A stretch of DNA of 64,000 bases from Selaginella moellendorffii (taxonomy: Eukaryota > Plantae > Lycopodiophyta): the NCBI RefSeq assembly GCF_000143415.4, contig NW_003314312.1:1377713-1441712 (forward strand), given 5' to 3'. Position 1 is the stretch's first letter; every line of letters begins with the position of its first letter. Positions 37,021 through 49,331 of this stretch are shown in pieces. Below the pieces are notes generated by a model, which was not told where the DNA came from, ran no database searches, and saw nothing but the letters and a program-made list of their open reading frames with translations. A program made the position numbers and the translations under genes.

Positions 37021-39470
37021 CATAGTTGCCGGAAAACGTATGAAACTAAAAAAACGTAACATTTTAAACGCGTTAAAAAACGCCATTTTAAACTCCCAAC
37101 ACGTTTGCACTATTTGCAAAAAGAAACAAGGGTTTCTTTAGGGTTTCTTTAGGGTTTCTTCAGGGTCATGTCAGGAATTGGAGGACGCCGCGAATGCTGG
37201 AGCTGGAAGCATGTGATACGAGCAGAGTGGCACTGGACATGTAAGTATTGTCATGAGATTCACACTGGGGGAGCGGAGCGAGTGCGAGCACATCTCGCTG
37301 GAGTTCGGGCAAGAGGTGTGAAAACGTGCAAGGCAATGAGGGAGATCCCTTATGAAGTTCTTAAAAAAGCTCGCAGCAGTTTTTCCGATTTCGAGCTAGC
37401 AGACCCAGCAGATGCTGATGATGGGCATCTGCTGCAGCAAGCCGCACAGGGTTCAGGGGGGCCAGCAGAATCTATGGTGGCAAGCACAGAGAACTGGTCC
37501 AGTGCTGGGACAAGCAGAGCAGTGAAACGTAGATCCTCGGATGGAAATTTGGTGACATTTTTTGATACTGCTTCGGCTGAGGCACTGGATGATGCTGTTG
37601 CAGAGTTCTTCTTTGCCGAGAACATCTCCTTCAACACAATCCGAAGAGACAACTTGAAGAGAATGCTGAAAGTTGCCGCAAAAGTGGGGCATCCAGCGAT
37701 TGACAACCTCATGGGATATGAGAAGTTGCGGACAACTGAGCTACAACGAATATATAACAACATTCAGAAGCGGCTTGAAGATGTGCGGCTAAGTTGGAGG
37801 ACATATGGTTGTACCATTGTCACGGATGGCTGGTCTGATATCAAGAAGCGGTCTCTTATCAACTTCATGGTCAGTTCTGTGAGAGGCTCAATTTTCCTGA
37901 AGGCTGTGGACAGCAAGAATGTGAAGAAAACCGGAGCATGGTTGTTTGAGCAACTGAAACAAGTGATTGCCGAGGTTGGTGCGGAAAACGTTGTGCAGGT
38001 GGTGACAGACAATGCAAGCAACTGTGTGGTCATGGGGGAGCTTTTGCAGCAGGAGTTTCCACAGATTGTACACGTTCGCTGCGTTTGCCACGTTATGGAC
38101 TTGCTGTTCGAAGATATTGGAGCTCTGTCTTGGGTGCAGCCTTTCGTCGATGGCTGTGTGAAGATAGTTACCTTCATCACCTCAAAACCACGGGTTCTAG
38201 CTCTTTATAGAACTTTCTGCAAACGGGACCTGATAAAGCCTGTGACCATGAGGTTTGCTTATATTTTTCTCGTGATGTCTCAGCTTTTGGAAACCACGAA
38301 TCTCTCCGGGCTTCGAAGAATGGTGGTGAGCCAAGAATGGGAGCGACTTGACTGGTCTAAGAAGCCGGAGGGCCTGGAGCTGCGATCTTGTGTTCTCAAT
38401 GACTCGTTCTGGGAGCGGTGCGAGAATTTGTTAATTTTGCTTGGACCTTTACTTCGAGTTCTTCAACTTGCTGATCGGGAGGGGGCGACTTCAGGCCTCA
38501 TCTTTGAAGCTGTTGATCGGCTGATCGAGAAGATGGACGAGGGAGCTCGAAACGGAATTTATGCACATGAGGAAGTGGGACAAATCAAGGATTTCCTACT
38601 TGAATCACACGGTCTGAAGGAGGCAAGGTGGTATCAAATGCACAATGTCATTCATGGAGCTGCTTTTGCTCTTCATCCTCTGTTTTTGGGGGATAACCCA
38701 GAGAACGACAAGCTGGACAATGAGGCATGCGGGAACTGGTTGGAGTACATGCATGTTTATAGCGGAGGTGAGCTGGACTTGCAGCTGAGATTGCAGGCAC
38801 AGTTTGAGAGGTTTCGGCAACAGCTTGGACGGCAAATGAGGTTACCTGTTGCCAAGGATCGGGAGACCAGAAAGTTTCCAGTAACTTGGTGGAGTTCTTT
38901 TGGTTTAGAGATGCCTGATCTACGTCGCATGGCTCTCTGGATTTTAAGCTAGGTTGTTTGCGCTTCTCCATGCGAGAGGAATTGGAGCTCATGGAGCTTG
39001 ATACAAACAAAGCGCAGGTCCCGCTTGCTTCCCAAAAATGCTGAGAAGCTGGTTTACATTCACACAAACTTGCGGGTTGCTCAGAAGCTGAAGAGTGAAG
39101 GTTTGAGGATGTTGGAGATTGATATAGACAAGCTGGAGTTGGAGCCTCATTGGAAGAAGATTTTGGATCTGCAAGAAGCTTTTGAGGAACCAAATCAGGC
39201 TCCTGAGGAGTTTAGCATCGATGAAGGAATGGAAGATGATTCGGAATCGGAAGACGACTAAAATGGCTTCTTCTTTCATTTGTTTTAGTATGTTATTTGG
39301 TTGGGTTTTATAAACTTAATATCAGATTAAAGTGTATTTAGTAAATATTAGTGTTTTCTTAATCATTTTAGGCTTTAACATGTAAACGTTTGATTGTCCT
39401 GAAAAAAACGTTTTAAACGGCATTTAAACGTGGACGCGTTTGAACGTTTGCACGTCTAGCTGCAACTATG
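37021..39470 (+). mobile_element. hAT DNA transposon, 2450 bp
   Basis: TIR CATAGTTGC/GCAACTATG; perfect 8-bp TSD GTGGCTCA (37013-37020, 39471-39478); subterminal AAACG/CGTTT repeats. Confidence 0.95.
37168..39261 (+). pseudogene. hAT transposase (BED finger, DUF659-type core, hATC dimerisation domain) with one in-frame TAG
   Basis: CKYC...HLAG, TDGWSD, VVTDNASN, CVCH, WW..FG. After TAG 38950-38952 the same frame continues VVCASPCERNWS...KLVYIHTN. Confidence 0.92.
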
Positions 39471-40356
39471 GTGGCTCAGATGCATCGGCTGGAAGATCCC
39501 ACGGCTCAAGAAGCTGCAGGCAAAGATTGATAGTCATCCATGGTTGCCTCGTCTCTCACAAACGTGTAGAACCTCTTGCTCATCAAGATCCGGGTGACCA
39601 CATTGAACAGGCATGTCATGACCATGTCTCTCATGTTGACGGGCTTGCAATCCAGAGAAGAATCCAAGAGCGCCGATAGCATCTCACGGAGCTCCTCTGT
39701 TCGCACCCACAAGAAAGAATCCATGCGCCTGATTGTGAAGAGCTCCGTGGTGGTCGCGAGCGCCCATCTGGCCAAGGAGCTCTTCAAAACCCAGGACGTT
39801 GCATATGCCAGGGGAGTACAGCTTCTACAACTTCCTTGACATGGGAGTCGCGCCTTACGGCGATTACTGGAAGAACATGCGGAAGCTGTGCGCCACAGGC
39901 ACCATTCCCAGCCGGAGAGAGAAGATCGGTCCATACTTGTTGGACAGTGCAAGGAGAGAGAGATGGGGTTTCCTCCCAAAGAGGTCCGATCAATGGAAGA
40001 GACCCACTGGGTGAAAACTGTCAAGTTGAGACGGCGGTGCCCTCCACCTGGAATTCCCCAGACGAGAACATAGATGAAGAGCAATCGCGCATGCTAGAAA
40101 CCCCATGTTGAATTACGCCACAAACGACGTCTTGATATCATTTTATTCATTCATTCATTATATTCTCTCAGAACAAAAGAGAGTAGTCCTTTTTTCAGTG
40201 AATAATTGACCGGTCTATTCTTTGCCAGGTGTGATTTGACAACCACCGGTTCAACCTGCACAATCAAAGTCAGTCCAAGCAAGACAGCATGATCAAGTGA
40301 AACTTAGCAATATAAATTGAAGAGCTCTGAAATATCTCGAAACCATCTCTAAAGAA

Positions 40357-41467
40357 ATGGCAAGTCCGTGTTTACAGAAGCTACCAGCGGTAGAACATCT
40401 CTTTGCTCTCACGAGTTTCAAGCTTCCGGAGATACCATGCTCTCTATCTTTCCAAAGGCATCCGGACTATATGTCAATCACCAAGGAAGCAAACGAGTGG
40501 GCATTCAAATGCATGAGGAGGGATTTCAGTCCGGAGGAGAAGAAATGCCTGGTCCAGTGGAAAGTTCCAATGTTTACGTGCCTCTCCACGCCTCACGCTC
40601 CGAAAGCGAACATGTTGGCATCGGCCAAGTTTGCCTGGCTCACTGCCTTCCTGGACGATCCGTTTGATGACAACGAGGTTGCTGGGGGAGCTCTCGCGAC
40701 ATCGTATCTCGACACTCTTCTTAGCCTCTGCTATGGAACCGCATCGCTCGCGGAAGTTCCGGACATTCTTGCCTATCGAGCGTGCCACGATCTGATGGAA
40801 GATTTGAGGTCTCTGTTTAAGCCGGAGCTGTTCAGGCGCACGGTTTCCACTGTTGAGGGCTGGGCGAGAAGCATTTTGAGTGACGACTTGACGCACGAGT
40901 ACGAGCTCTACCGGAGGACTAACGTCTTCATTTTGCCACTCATCTACGCAATGGGTGCTTCGTTTGACGATGAGGATGTCGAGTCCCTGGATTACATCAG
41001 GGCTCAGAACGCTATGCTCGATCATATGTGGATGGTGAATGACGTCTTCTCGTTTCCCAAGGAGTTTTACAAGAAGAAGTTTAACAATCTTCCGGCCGTG
41101 CTGCTGCTCACCGATCCGAGCGTGCAGACGTTTCAGGACGCCGTGAACACTACGTGCAGGATGATCCAGGACAAGGAAGACGAATTCATCTATTACCGCG
41201 ATATCCTTGCCAGCGTCCCGGAATGGGAAGAAAGCTTTCCTGAAGTTCCTGGATGTTCTCTCCTGCACAATCCCAGCGAATCTGGTGTTCCATTATGCGA
41301 GCAGCCGCTACCATGGCATGGATAACCCCCTGGGTGGAGGCACGTTTCGTGGGACTTGGATTCTGGATCCAAAGCGCACCATCATCGTGTTGGACCCGAA
41401 AAGTTGCAACGTGGTGGCAAGTTCAAACAAACTCAACCAGATCCAAAATTTATCAAACTTGATATGA
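40357..41467 (+). pseudogene. Microbial terpene synthase-like (MTPSL), intronless, full length with one frameshift near 41210
   Basis: DDPFD (DDxxD) and NDVFSFPKE (NSE/DTE) in ORF 40357-41325. The C-terminus with the RY motif is in ORF 41207-41467. Net 5-nt loss relative to the 11.7-kb paralogue. Confidence 0.88.
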
Positions 41468-41973
41468 AAATCGGTATACTTCCAGCTATTTTTCTCTTGG
41501 CCTTTACTTTGTAAACTAGATTACACACCAGCATGTTTCACAGGTGTCCTTCTTAGTCTAGTCAGAATATTTAATATTTTTAGCTCGGTGGTATGTTAAT
41601 CAAATTGTCAGCCTTTGAAGAAAAATAAGAATATAATAAAACTAAGACATAATTATAATCTACATTGTCTTTGTGAGGTCAACATGAGACTATGGGATGT
41701 TTATGAAGACTACACTTCGACTTTCAACATAGAAGCTGCTATTCTAGGCTCCATAAAATATCTTGACTAAAAATTGCATAAAACCGTCACCTTTGGACCA
41801 CCAAGTTTTAAGCGGACCATCCATTGTAAGTGAATCAGAATAGTTCAGCAGAACATACGTCTTAAAATATCAAGTGAAAACCACTGGCATGTACTGTTAG
41901 ATGCAACCACAGCTTTATGGATAGATCATCAATTCATCCTTCAGGCTGTCACGTTTGACACTTTCAATCAGAA

Positions 41974-42450
41974 ACGGAGGTTGCTCAATACGCAGTTGTT
42001 TTGTTAATCACTCTTCTCCTCTTGGTGCTATCTTTCAAGCGTTGTTAATTTGCCTCCAGGGGCTGCCTCTTATCGGTCACTTGCATCTCTTGGGAAGAAT
42101 GCTACACCTTTCATTCCAGACACTCTCCACAAAGTATGGACCAATTGTGTTTTTACGCCTGGGAATGGTACCAGCTGTGGTGATCTCCAGTTCGGAGCTA
42201 GTGAGAGAGGTACTAAAGATCCAGGATGCAAATTTTGCATCGAGGCCATACTTGACCATGGGGGAGTACAGCTACAACTTCTGAGACATTGGTTTTGTTC
42301 TTTATGGCGACTACTGGAAAAGCATGAGGAAGCTTTGTGCTACAGAGCTTTTTACCATCAAGCGCATTGAGTCGTTTCAAGGTGCAAATGAGAGAAACGC
42401 GTGGCGTCTTGTCTGAGCTTGTGAATGCGGCTAACTATCAGAAGCCAATC
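41974..42450 (+). pseudogene. P450 type A copy 3, 5' fragment only (start codon ACG)
   Basis: GLPLIGHLHLLGRMLHLSFQTLSTKYGP...; inverted match to 15760-16660 including upstream DNA; truncated by an AT-rich segment. Confidence 0.85.
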
Positions 42451-43989
42451 GTAATGTGAAAACACAAATATCATGACAAAAGCTGTATCAATTTGTTGTC
42501 ATGTACTCACTTTTAATATTACACTCAATACGAATTTAATCTTGTGGCATTTTAATGCACCAACAAGCATTTGAGCAAATGTGAAATTACTATTTGTAAA
42601 CCAAGTATTAATTCTAAGAGATTTTGTGGTATTGCAATATCTTTACAACCCCGATTATCAGATTGATATTTCATTGGTCGATGACATCTTTCATATTCTC
42701 TCTCTTTTGGAAGAAGACCATAATACAAAAAGTAAAAGAATTTACTTTACTATTAGTTTTTTCAATAAGAAAAGAATACTGCCATAATACTAAAGAGAAT
42801 CAATGAGGAAAAACCTATATACTTATAAATTATAGCACTGGCTAATTATAAAATTATAGTCATTAACATATCCATTAACAACATTTAATTTAGAGTTCGT
42901 CATTAAACATTTAGGGTGCGGTGCCACGGGATTATGCATTTCTTTTGCCCACTATATCCCATCAAACTCTTGTGTCCCTTGTCCCCAACAACCAATCATT
43001 TGCCAGCTAATCCTGTGCTAGGCCCTCTAGCCTCAAGAAATCACTAAGCGACATCCCCTTCATAGATTTGCATGATTCCAAGCTCTTTAGCTGCTTTCAC
43101 TATATGTTGCTACATCTCCTTGGCCTTGCATTCCTGAAGACGATACACCAATCTTTAACATTCACTCCAAGCACTTGCGGGCATCCTTTGCTTGAAACTA
43201 CTGCCCTATTGGCAGTCCATTTGTTGCTGCAATCATATATTTTTATTATTAACAATATAAAAAATAAATTTAGTATTAGTATATAACTTTTAGGAGTCAA
43301 CAACAGTAGTGGTGTTTTCTATAAATTAAATTTTTATATTGTTTATCATAAACATATATAGAAGTTTGCGAAAAGATTTAAAATTTGTTTAAGATCTTTT
43401 AAAGCCTATTTAAGACCACAGATTTTTCTTTGAGTCCATTTATAATGACTTGAAAGATTGTTGTATAGTCAATTCAAGTGTGGCACTCGTCAAAGTTGTG
43501 GCTGACTAGAATTCAATCTCAAACAAGTCTCAAAGAAGCAAGCATATAATTGCCAAGGGCTATTTGCTTCTCAAATTTTAGACATTCACAATTATGGGTC
43601 TTGCTTGCTCTTATGCCTTAAGGAAATATTTCCTGCGCCTTAAGCTGCTTACATGGATTGCCCCTCCCTGGACACCTCCGTCATCTCGCAGGAATTCCCT
43701 TCCTCTCATGGCAGGCCCTGTCCAAGCAGTATGGACCAATTCTCTTCATGAATGAATTTTTCGGCAATAGCATTACAGGGTTACAAGGTTCTCCAGCCGT
43801 CCTATTTGAGGAGGAATCGGTCCGGTGAGTTTGTTGCCATGCAAGTCCCTTCCAGAGAAGAACGCAAGAACTCAGTAAACGAAAATCAACACACACCAAC
43901 CCACAGTTTCCTGAGATCCAGCAAATTTGTGACACCGATCGGGAACGTTCCAATGATCGACACTTGAAAGAGCTCCCTGGGAAAGAAGA

Positions 43990-44309
43990 AGAAAGTGACG
44001 ATCAAAGTGATAAGAGGTATTAAAACTCACAATTCCGTGACCACTCGATAGCCATCGTCATTTGGGGAGGAAAAAGTGATTCCCGGCCACAATGCCGCGT
44101 CTCCATCCCCACAGGGATCCTCCCCATTCCAAGCGTACATAACCTTCCATCCTCCAGCTGACCTTGACTGGAATTGGCAAGATCGTCGCTTAATCCCTGG
44201 CTAAATCGAAAATGCAGGTGGAGAGGATCGACTCACCGTCTCGCTTCACCGTCTTGGCAGCTGCTAGAGTGGCAATTCAGAGCCCAAGAACGAAACCAAG
44301 GAGCCCCAT
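43990..44309 (-). pseudogene. LRRNT fragment, copy 2
   Basis: Direct duplicate of 17140-17488. Confidence 0.6.
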
Positions 44310-44402
44310 CTCATGAACCCTAGCTTTTCATTTTTGAATCAATGAATCGCTACTGTAACATTTCAACATTTGTATGGAATCGCTATGTTTTTCACTGGAT
44401 TC

Positions 44403-46059
44403 TCAGTTGAATTCGCTACCCACGCAGTGATGGCACGTAAAGAGATTGATAGGATCGACCCTGCGCTTGATGTGGTACAGGCGAGGATAGTTCTTCCCAA
44501 AGAAGGATTGTTGCCAATTGGGCTCGTTGTAATCGGCCTCGTTCACGTAAGTCCCGGAGCCCGGCGTGAGATCGATGAAGAGCTTGTTCGCCTGCGACAC
44601 TAGATTCGCAGCAGCCCTCATCTCCGCCACCGTCGCATTGTCCCGCCAAGTCAGGGGCGATACGAGCAGCCACAGTCCGTCGCGATACGCCGGATTCACA
44701 GCGCTGTCTTGGGGTTCTCGCACTTTTCCGCCCCCCAGGATCGCATATGTAGCTGGAACTTGCAGCTCGGTCATGACGCGCATCATGGCCTTTGGGAGGA
44801 GGTCTTGTTCGTGGTTGAAGAGCGATCTCGGGATCAGCCTCGTTGCGAAGACATCCGAGACTCCCAAGTTGTTGAGGCCCAAGCACGATTCCTGCCCTCC
44901 ACATTGAAACTGCAAGTGCCAGTCCCAGTACGAGGCATACGTCTCCAAGCTCCCGTCGATCCGGATGTTGTTCTCCCGCGCGTACAATAGCAGCGGGGCC
45001 AAGGTGGTGGAAGCATACGAGACGTTCCGGTTGGGCAGCAGGAACGTTAGCGTCAGGCTCTGGCTCGTTGAGAAGAAGTAGCCAGACCATCTGGCATCGG
45101 ACAGAGAGGGATTCAACCTCGTAAACAGAGTGAGCAGCCCCTGAAAGGTGGTGGTATTGGGGGTGCTGAAGTTGTGAGGAGCGAAGTCGAGGCTGCCAAG
45201 AGCTGGAAAAGTCCTGTGCGTTGCCGAGAGCACAACTCCAAATGTTCCTCCGCCACCACCCCGGAGAGGCCCAGAACAGGTCCGTGTTTTGGCATGCATC
45301 CGCGGTCACCACCTCGTACTCGAGAACATTATCGGCACTCAAGCCGATTAGCAAGGAAAGGAAACTTTGGCCGCCAACTTGAGGGTATCCGCCGGCTGCT
45401 CCAACCGAGGAACATCCCCCACCAGCCAGGATCATCTTTCGTTGATATGCTTGCCAGTAGAGCTCCTCCCACTGAATTCCAGCTCCCACCGTTACTGCTG
45501 AGTAGCCACGGTCACTACCATGGCCGCATTTGAAGCTCTCGTGGAACTGGATCTTCTGGAGGTGGTGCACCCAAATGCTGAGAGCTCCCACTGCCATGCT
45601 CCGCCCGAGAAGTCATGCCCCATGTTTCATATCACGATGCGCAAGTCGTGCTGGGATGCAAACTTGACAGCCTCTTGGACGTGGGCTGCCCAAGTAATGT
45701 TGACCGCATAGATTGGGACCGCGCCCTGGAAGCAAGCAGTGGTCCTGTTGGAGGAGATCAGGCAGCGCTGCTCCCCAAACAATTCCCAGCTTGTCCGTTG
45801 CAGTGCACTCAGTTGATCAGTCCTCCAGAATGGACTGTTCCAGTTGCCTCCTCACGGTGTTGCAGGCTTGCTCGTCGTAGTTTGGATCATGGCATGGCAA
45901 TGCTGGAGAGGCCACACTGATCATTCTCCCTCCCATGGAGCAATTGAAGGATGCCCAGGTCTGTGCGTCTGGCCAGCATAGCTCGCCTGCTATATACTTG
46001 GAGTGGACATGGCCGGGAGCAAATAGAACAACCAAGAATATCAATAGTATGGCTATCAT
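44403..46059 (-). pseudogene. FAD-linked oxidoreductase copy 2, frameshifted in the 5' half
   Basis: Split over ORFs 45817-46059, 44416-45597 and 44403-45299; the 3' part is essentially identical to 17582-18160. Confidence 0.92.
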
Positions 46060-46169
46060 CCTTAAAGAACCTTTACAGGGTTGAGAGAAACAGTGCTATG
46101 CTTTCTTTTGCTGATTGATCTTGAGATGTAACTTTCTCATTGACTTTGTCAATGACTTAATTAAACATG

Positions 46170-49156
46170 TCTTGAACATCCTTGCTCAAATGCAAACTCA
46201 ACTCCAATGATGTTCAAAGATGCCTTCCAAACATAGCAAAGTAAGGATTTAATTTGGTTTCACTATGTTGACTATTATTGTAGGCAAATTGCACTAATAG
46301 AATATATAAATTCCTTTATCCCTGCTTTTGACCACCTCTAGCAAACCAAAATCAGGAAAGATAATTTCCAAGTAGACTACAATCAAGTCTTGAAGCAGTG
46401 ATAGTCTTTCTAATACCACTCTCAACTCCAATGTTGTTTTGAGATGTTTTCCAAATATGCAAAATAAGGACTTAATTTAGTTCCATTGTGTTGGATATTG
46501 TTGTAGGCAAATTGCACTAATAAAATATATAAATCCCATTGTCCTTGCCTTTAATCAATGTTACAACATAACATATCCTCCACTATTTGAGTTACATGCT
46601 TAATTTGCCCATTTGTCTAAGGATGATTTCCACTCAAGAGCTTCAAATTCACTTGCATAACTTTTGCAAAGCTTTTCTAAAATTCATTAGTGAACTTTGA
46701 GTCTTGATCACTAATGATATCCTCCGGCAAACCAAAATCAGGAAAGTCCTCTAAGTAAATTGCGACAATGATGATCTTCTGAAATGCCAATAATTGCACA
46801 TACTTTGTCAATTGATCCATTATAATCTATACTTACTTTTTTTGCCTTTGTATTCGTAGTAAGCAAGTGATAAATTCCATAAGAATATTACACCAATACC
46901 TCTAAGAAATAGGCAAAGGTTGTCAAACTCCCTTTGACTTCTCCTATGGCAGCTTTACCCACTGATAGAGCTTGCATGATTTACAATACTAAAGAATATC
47001 AACTTTCATACTCTTCCAATAAAAATTGCACATAATCAACTCATATGTCTTCATCCCTCTAAAATGATTATCCTTCGAATGATAATGATAGTGGAATAAA
47101 ATATGATGAATCAACACATCCAGCCGTGTCAAATATATATAGTCATTGTAGTAAAGAATTCTATCCACTAATGAGAAAGGTGCTTTTAGCTAAACTCATA
47201 AAGAGACTACCTCAATATCTTGAGCTTGAGCATGCTAAACCAATTGCTCTAACTCACTAACCACTTTACACAAATGATAGCAAAACCATGTTTGTAACTT
47301 CATCATATTTTGAACACAAGATAAAGCATTGGCCACCATATTTTATTTTCCCGAATGATGCTCAATAAGGAATTCTTTAAACTCTATGAGTTTGACCATT
47401 TAACAAGCTTGCATAGTGTTTAACTCTTTCTATGTGAAGAGATATATAAGAAGTTTGTGATCTATTAACACAATGAACATTACACCATAAAGATAATGCC
47501 TGCATATTTATAAAGCATGAATAGTGAAAAGTAACTTTTACTTATATGTGGAATATCTTTATTCCATAGGATTCAAAGTCCAACTCTCATATACAATAGG
47601 TTGTCCGTCTTGAATGAAAACTCCTTTTAATGTATAACCATTTACATTGCATATCACGTTATAAGGTTTTGATGGATTAACAATGCAAAGCATTAGAGCT
47701 TCACTTAACAATTGTTTCAATGCCACAAAATTATTTGCATGTGACTTTTTCCACTTGAATGGCACATTCTTACACAACAACTATGTCAAAACAATAGCCA
47801 CCTTCACAAACTTGTACTAAAAGTGTGAGTAATAACTAACGATACCAAGAAAATTGCATAACTCTTTACAAATTCATATTTACTCTTCTTTACATAAAGT
47901 TTGTTATTAGGTAGTAACGAGAGAACTTTATCCTTCATATTTTTGCTGAAAACAAGAATATCATTCAAGAAAATTTCCATAAACTCCAAACACTTCCATC
48001 ATCAACTAAGTAAATGTGGTTGGTGCATTTGTCAAACCAAATAGTATGATTGTGAACTCAATATGCCTGAAACTCATATTAATTGTCGTCTTGGAAATAA
48101 ATGTGTTATCCATTGCAATCTGAAGATATCCACTCCTTAGATTAATCTTGGTAAACACTTCTACTTTACCAAGCTTATTTAAGATATCATCCACATATGG
48201 CATAGGCATTTTATCTTTCATTGTCTTCTTGTTCAATGTATAATAGTTCATATATCTCTAATGTAATCTCATGCTCCACACCTCGTAATGGAGGCAACTT
48301 ATGAGGAAGTTTAAATGGAAAAACATTAAAAAAAAACTCCTCTGCACTGTTATTATACCAAATATAAATTCCTGAATTTGAACTTCCCAATAGGTCACCT
48401 AACTCAATACTATTCAAACTCAAAGAAGTTTAACTTTAACTATCCCAAGACCCTTATCCGTTCAAAAAATGTCTTGTTTATGGGTTTTTTCCCTTTATAT
48501 TTAAACCTTATAGATACTCAAGGTATAGTAGTCAATATATATCTGTATTGAACCATCCTTCAACAAGCAAGACTAGGGCACCAAACCAAGACTTACTTGG
48601 CTAAATGAATCCAAATTTAAATAACTCTTTGACTTGTCATTAAATTTCTTACTCCTCTATATAGCATTAGAAAAGTCCTTGAGTATCTTGAATGGCTGCC
48701 TCTCCCTCATACGTGCCTTAGTGCCCTAAGTCACGAACAAACAGTAAGTAACTTGAAAGTGTTTTTCCATTATAACTAACACACTTCAAAGGATGTAGTG
48801 GAGGCATAACAATTGGAGGCTAAACAACCCTTTCTAAACCATATATTTTTTATGCTATCATACTTTAGCGAGATATGCTTAATATTTCATTTTATCTTTG
48901 GATCCATCTTTGCCAACTATGACATCCCAAGAATGAGATCCATATCATAGATATGCTAGATAAAAAGTTTTAATATATATGATTTTGCCAACTAACACTT
49001 CCAGCCCGTCTACACAAACATTGAAATGTTAATTAGGAGTAATTGCACCTTCCACTATGCATGGAAGAACTCTTTGTATCACCACGGCCATGGCTTCTCA
49101 ATAAACTTTGTTAAAACAAAATTATCATCACTCCCACTATCCAATAAAATAAGACT
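46170..49156 (-). mobile_element. Eroded gypsy relic of the same family as 3543-8420
   Basis: Collinear with about 4270-7020 (KDKMPMP, LRSGY, FLND, KNVPFKW) but AT-shifted and full of stops; ends at the MULE terminus at 49157. Confidence 0.85.
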
Positions 49157-49331
49157 GGGTAGGTTTTGAGCTCATGAGCTGAGCTCACGGATTCTTAAAC
49201 ACAAGAAAAACATTGGTTCGTCCCGAACCAACATCTTTTCATTTTTCAAATTTTGATTTAATCTATATTTCCAAGTAAATTCAACCAATAAAATACAAAT
49301 ATAAATAAAGATCCAAACACTAAAAGCAATC

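Larger units (their letters stand above)
36706..40107 (-). pseudogene. P450 type B copy 2, disrupted by a hAT insertion, deletions and micro-inversions
   Basis: ELISGGTDTSAAV...KETF at 36703-36954; N-terminal half at 39471-40107 matches 12364-13110. Confidence 0.88.

Noticed and set aside
42451-43400. AT-rich insert truncating P450-A copy 3 as a MITE or Helitron
   Set aside because: No TIR, TSD or terminal hairpin could be identified by eye.
9224-46059. Microbial contamination as the source of the MTPSL and FAD oxidase
   Set aside because: They are interleaved and co-duplicated with intron-containing plant P450, SDR and LRR sequences and plant TEs.
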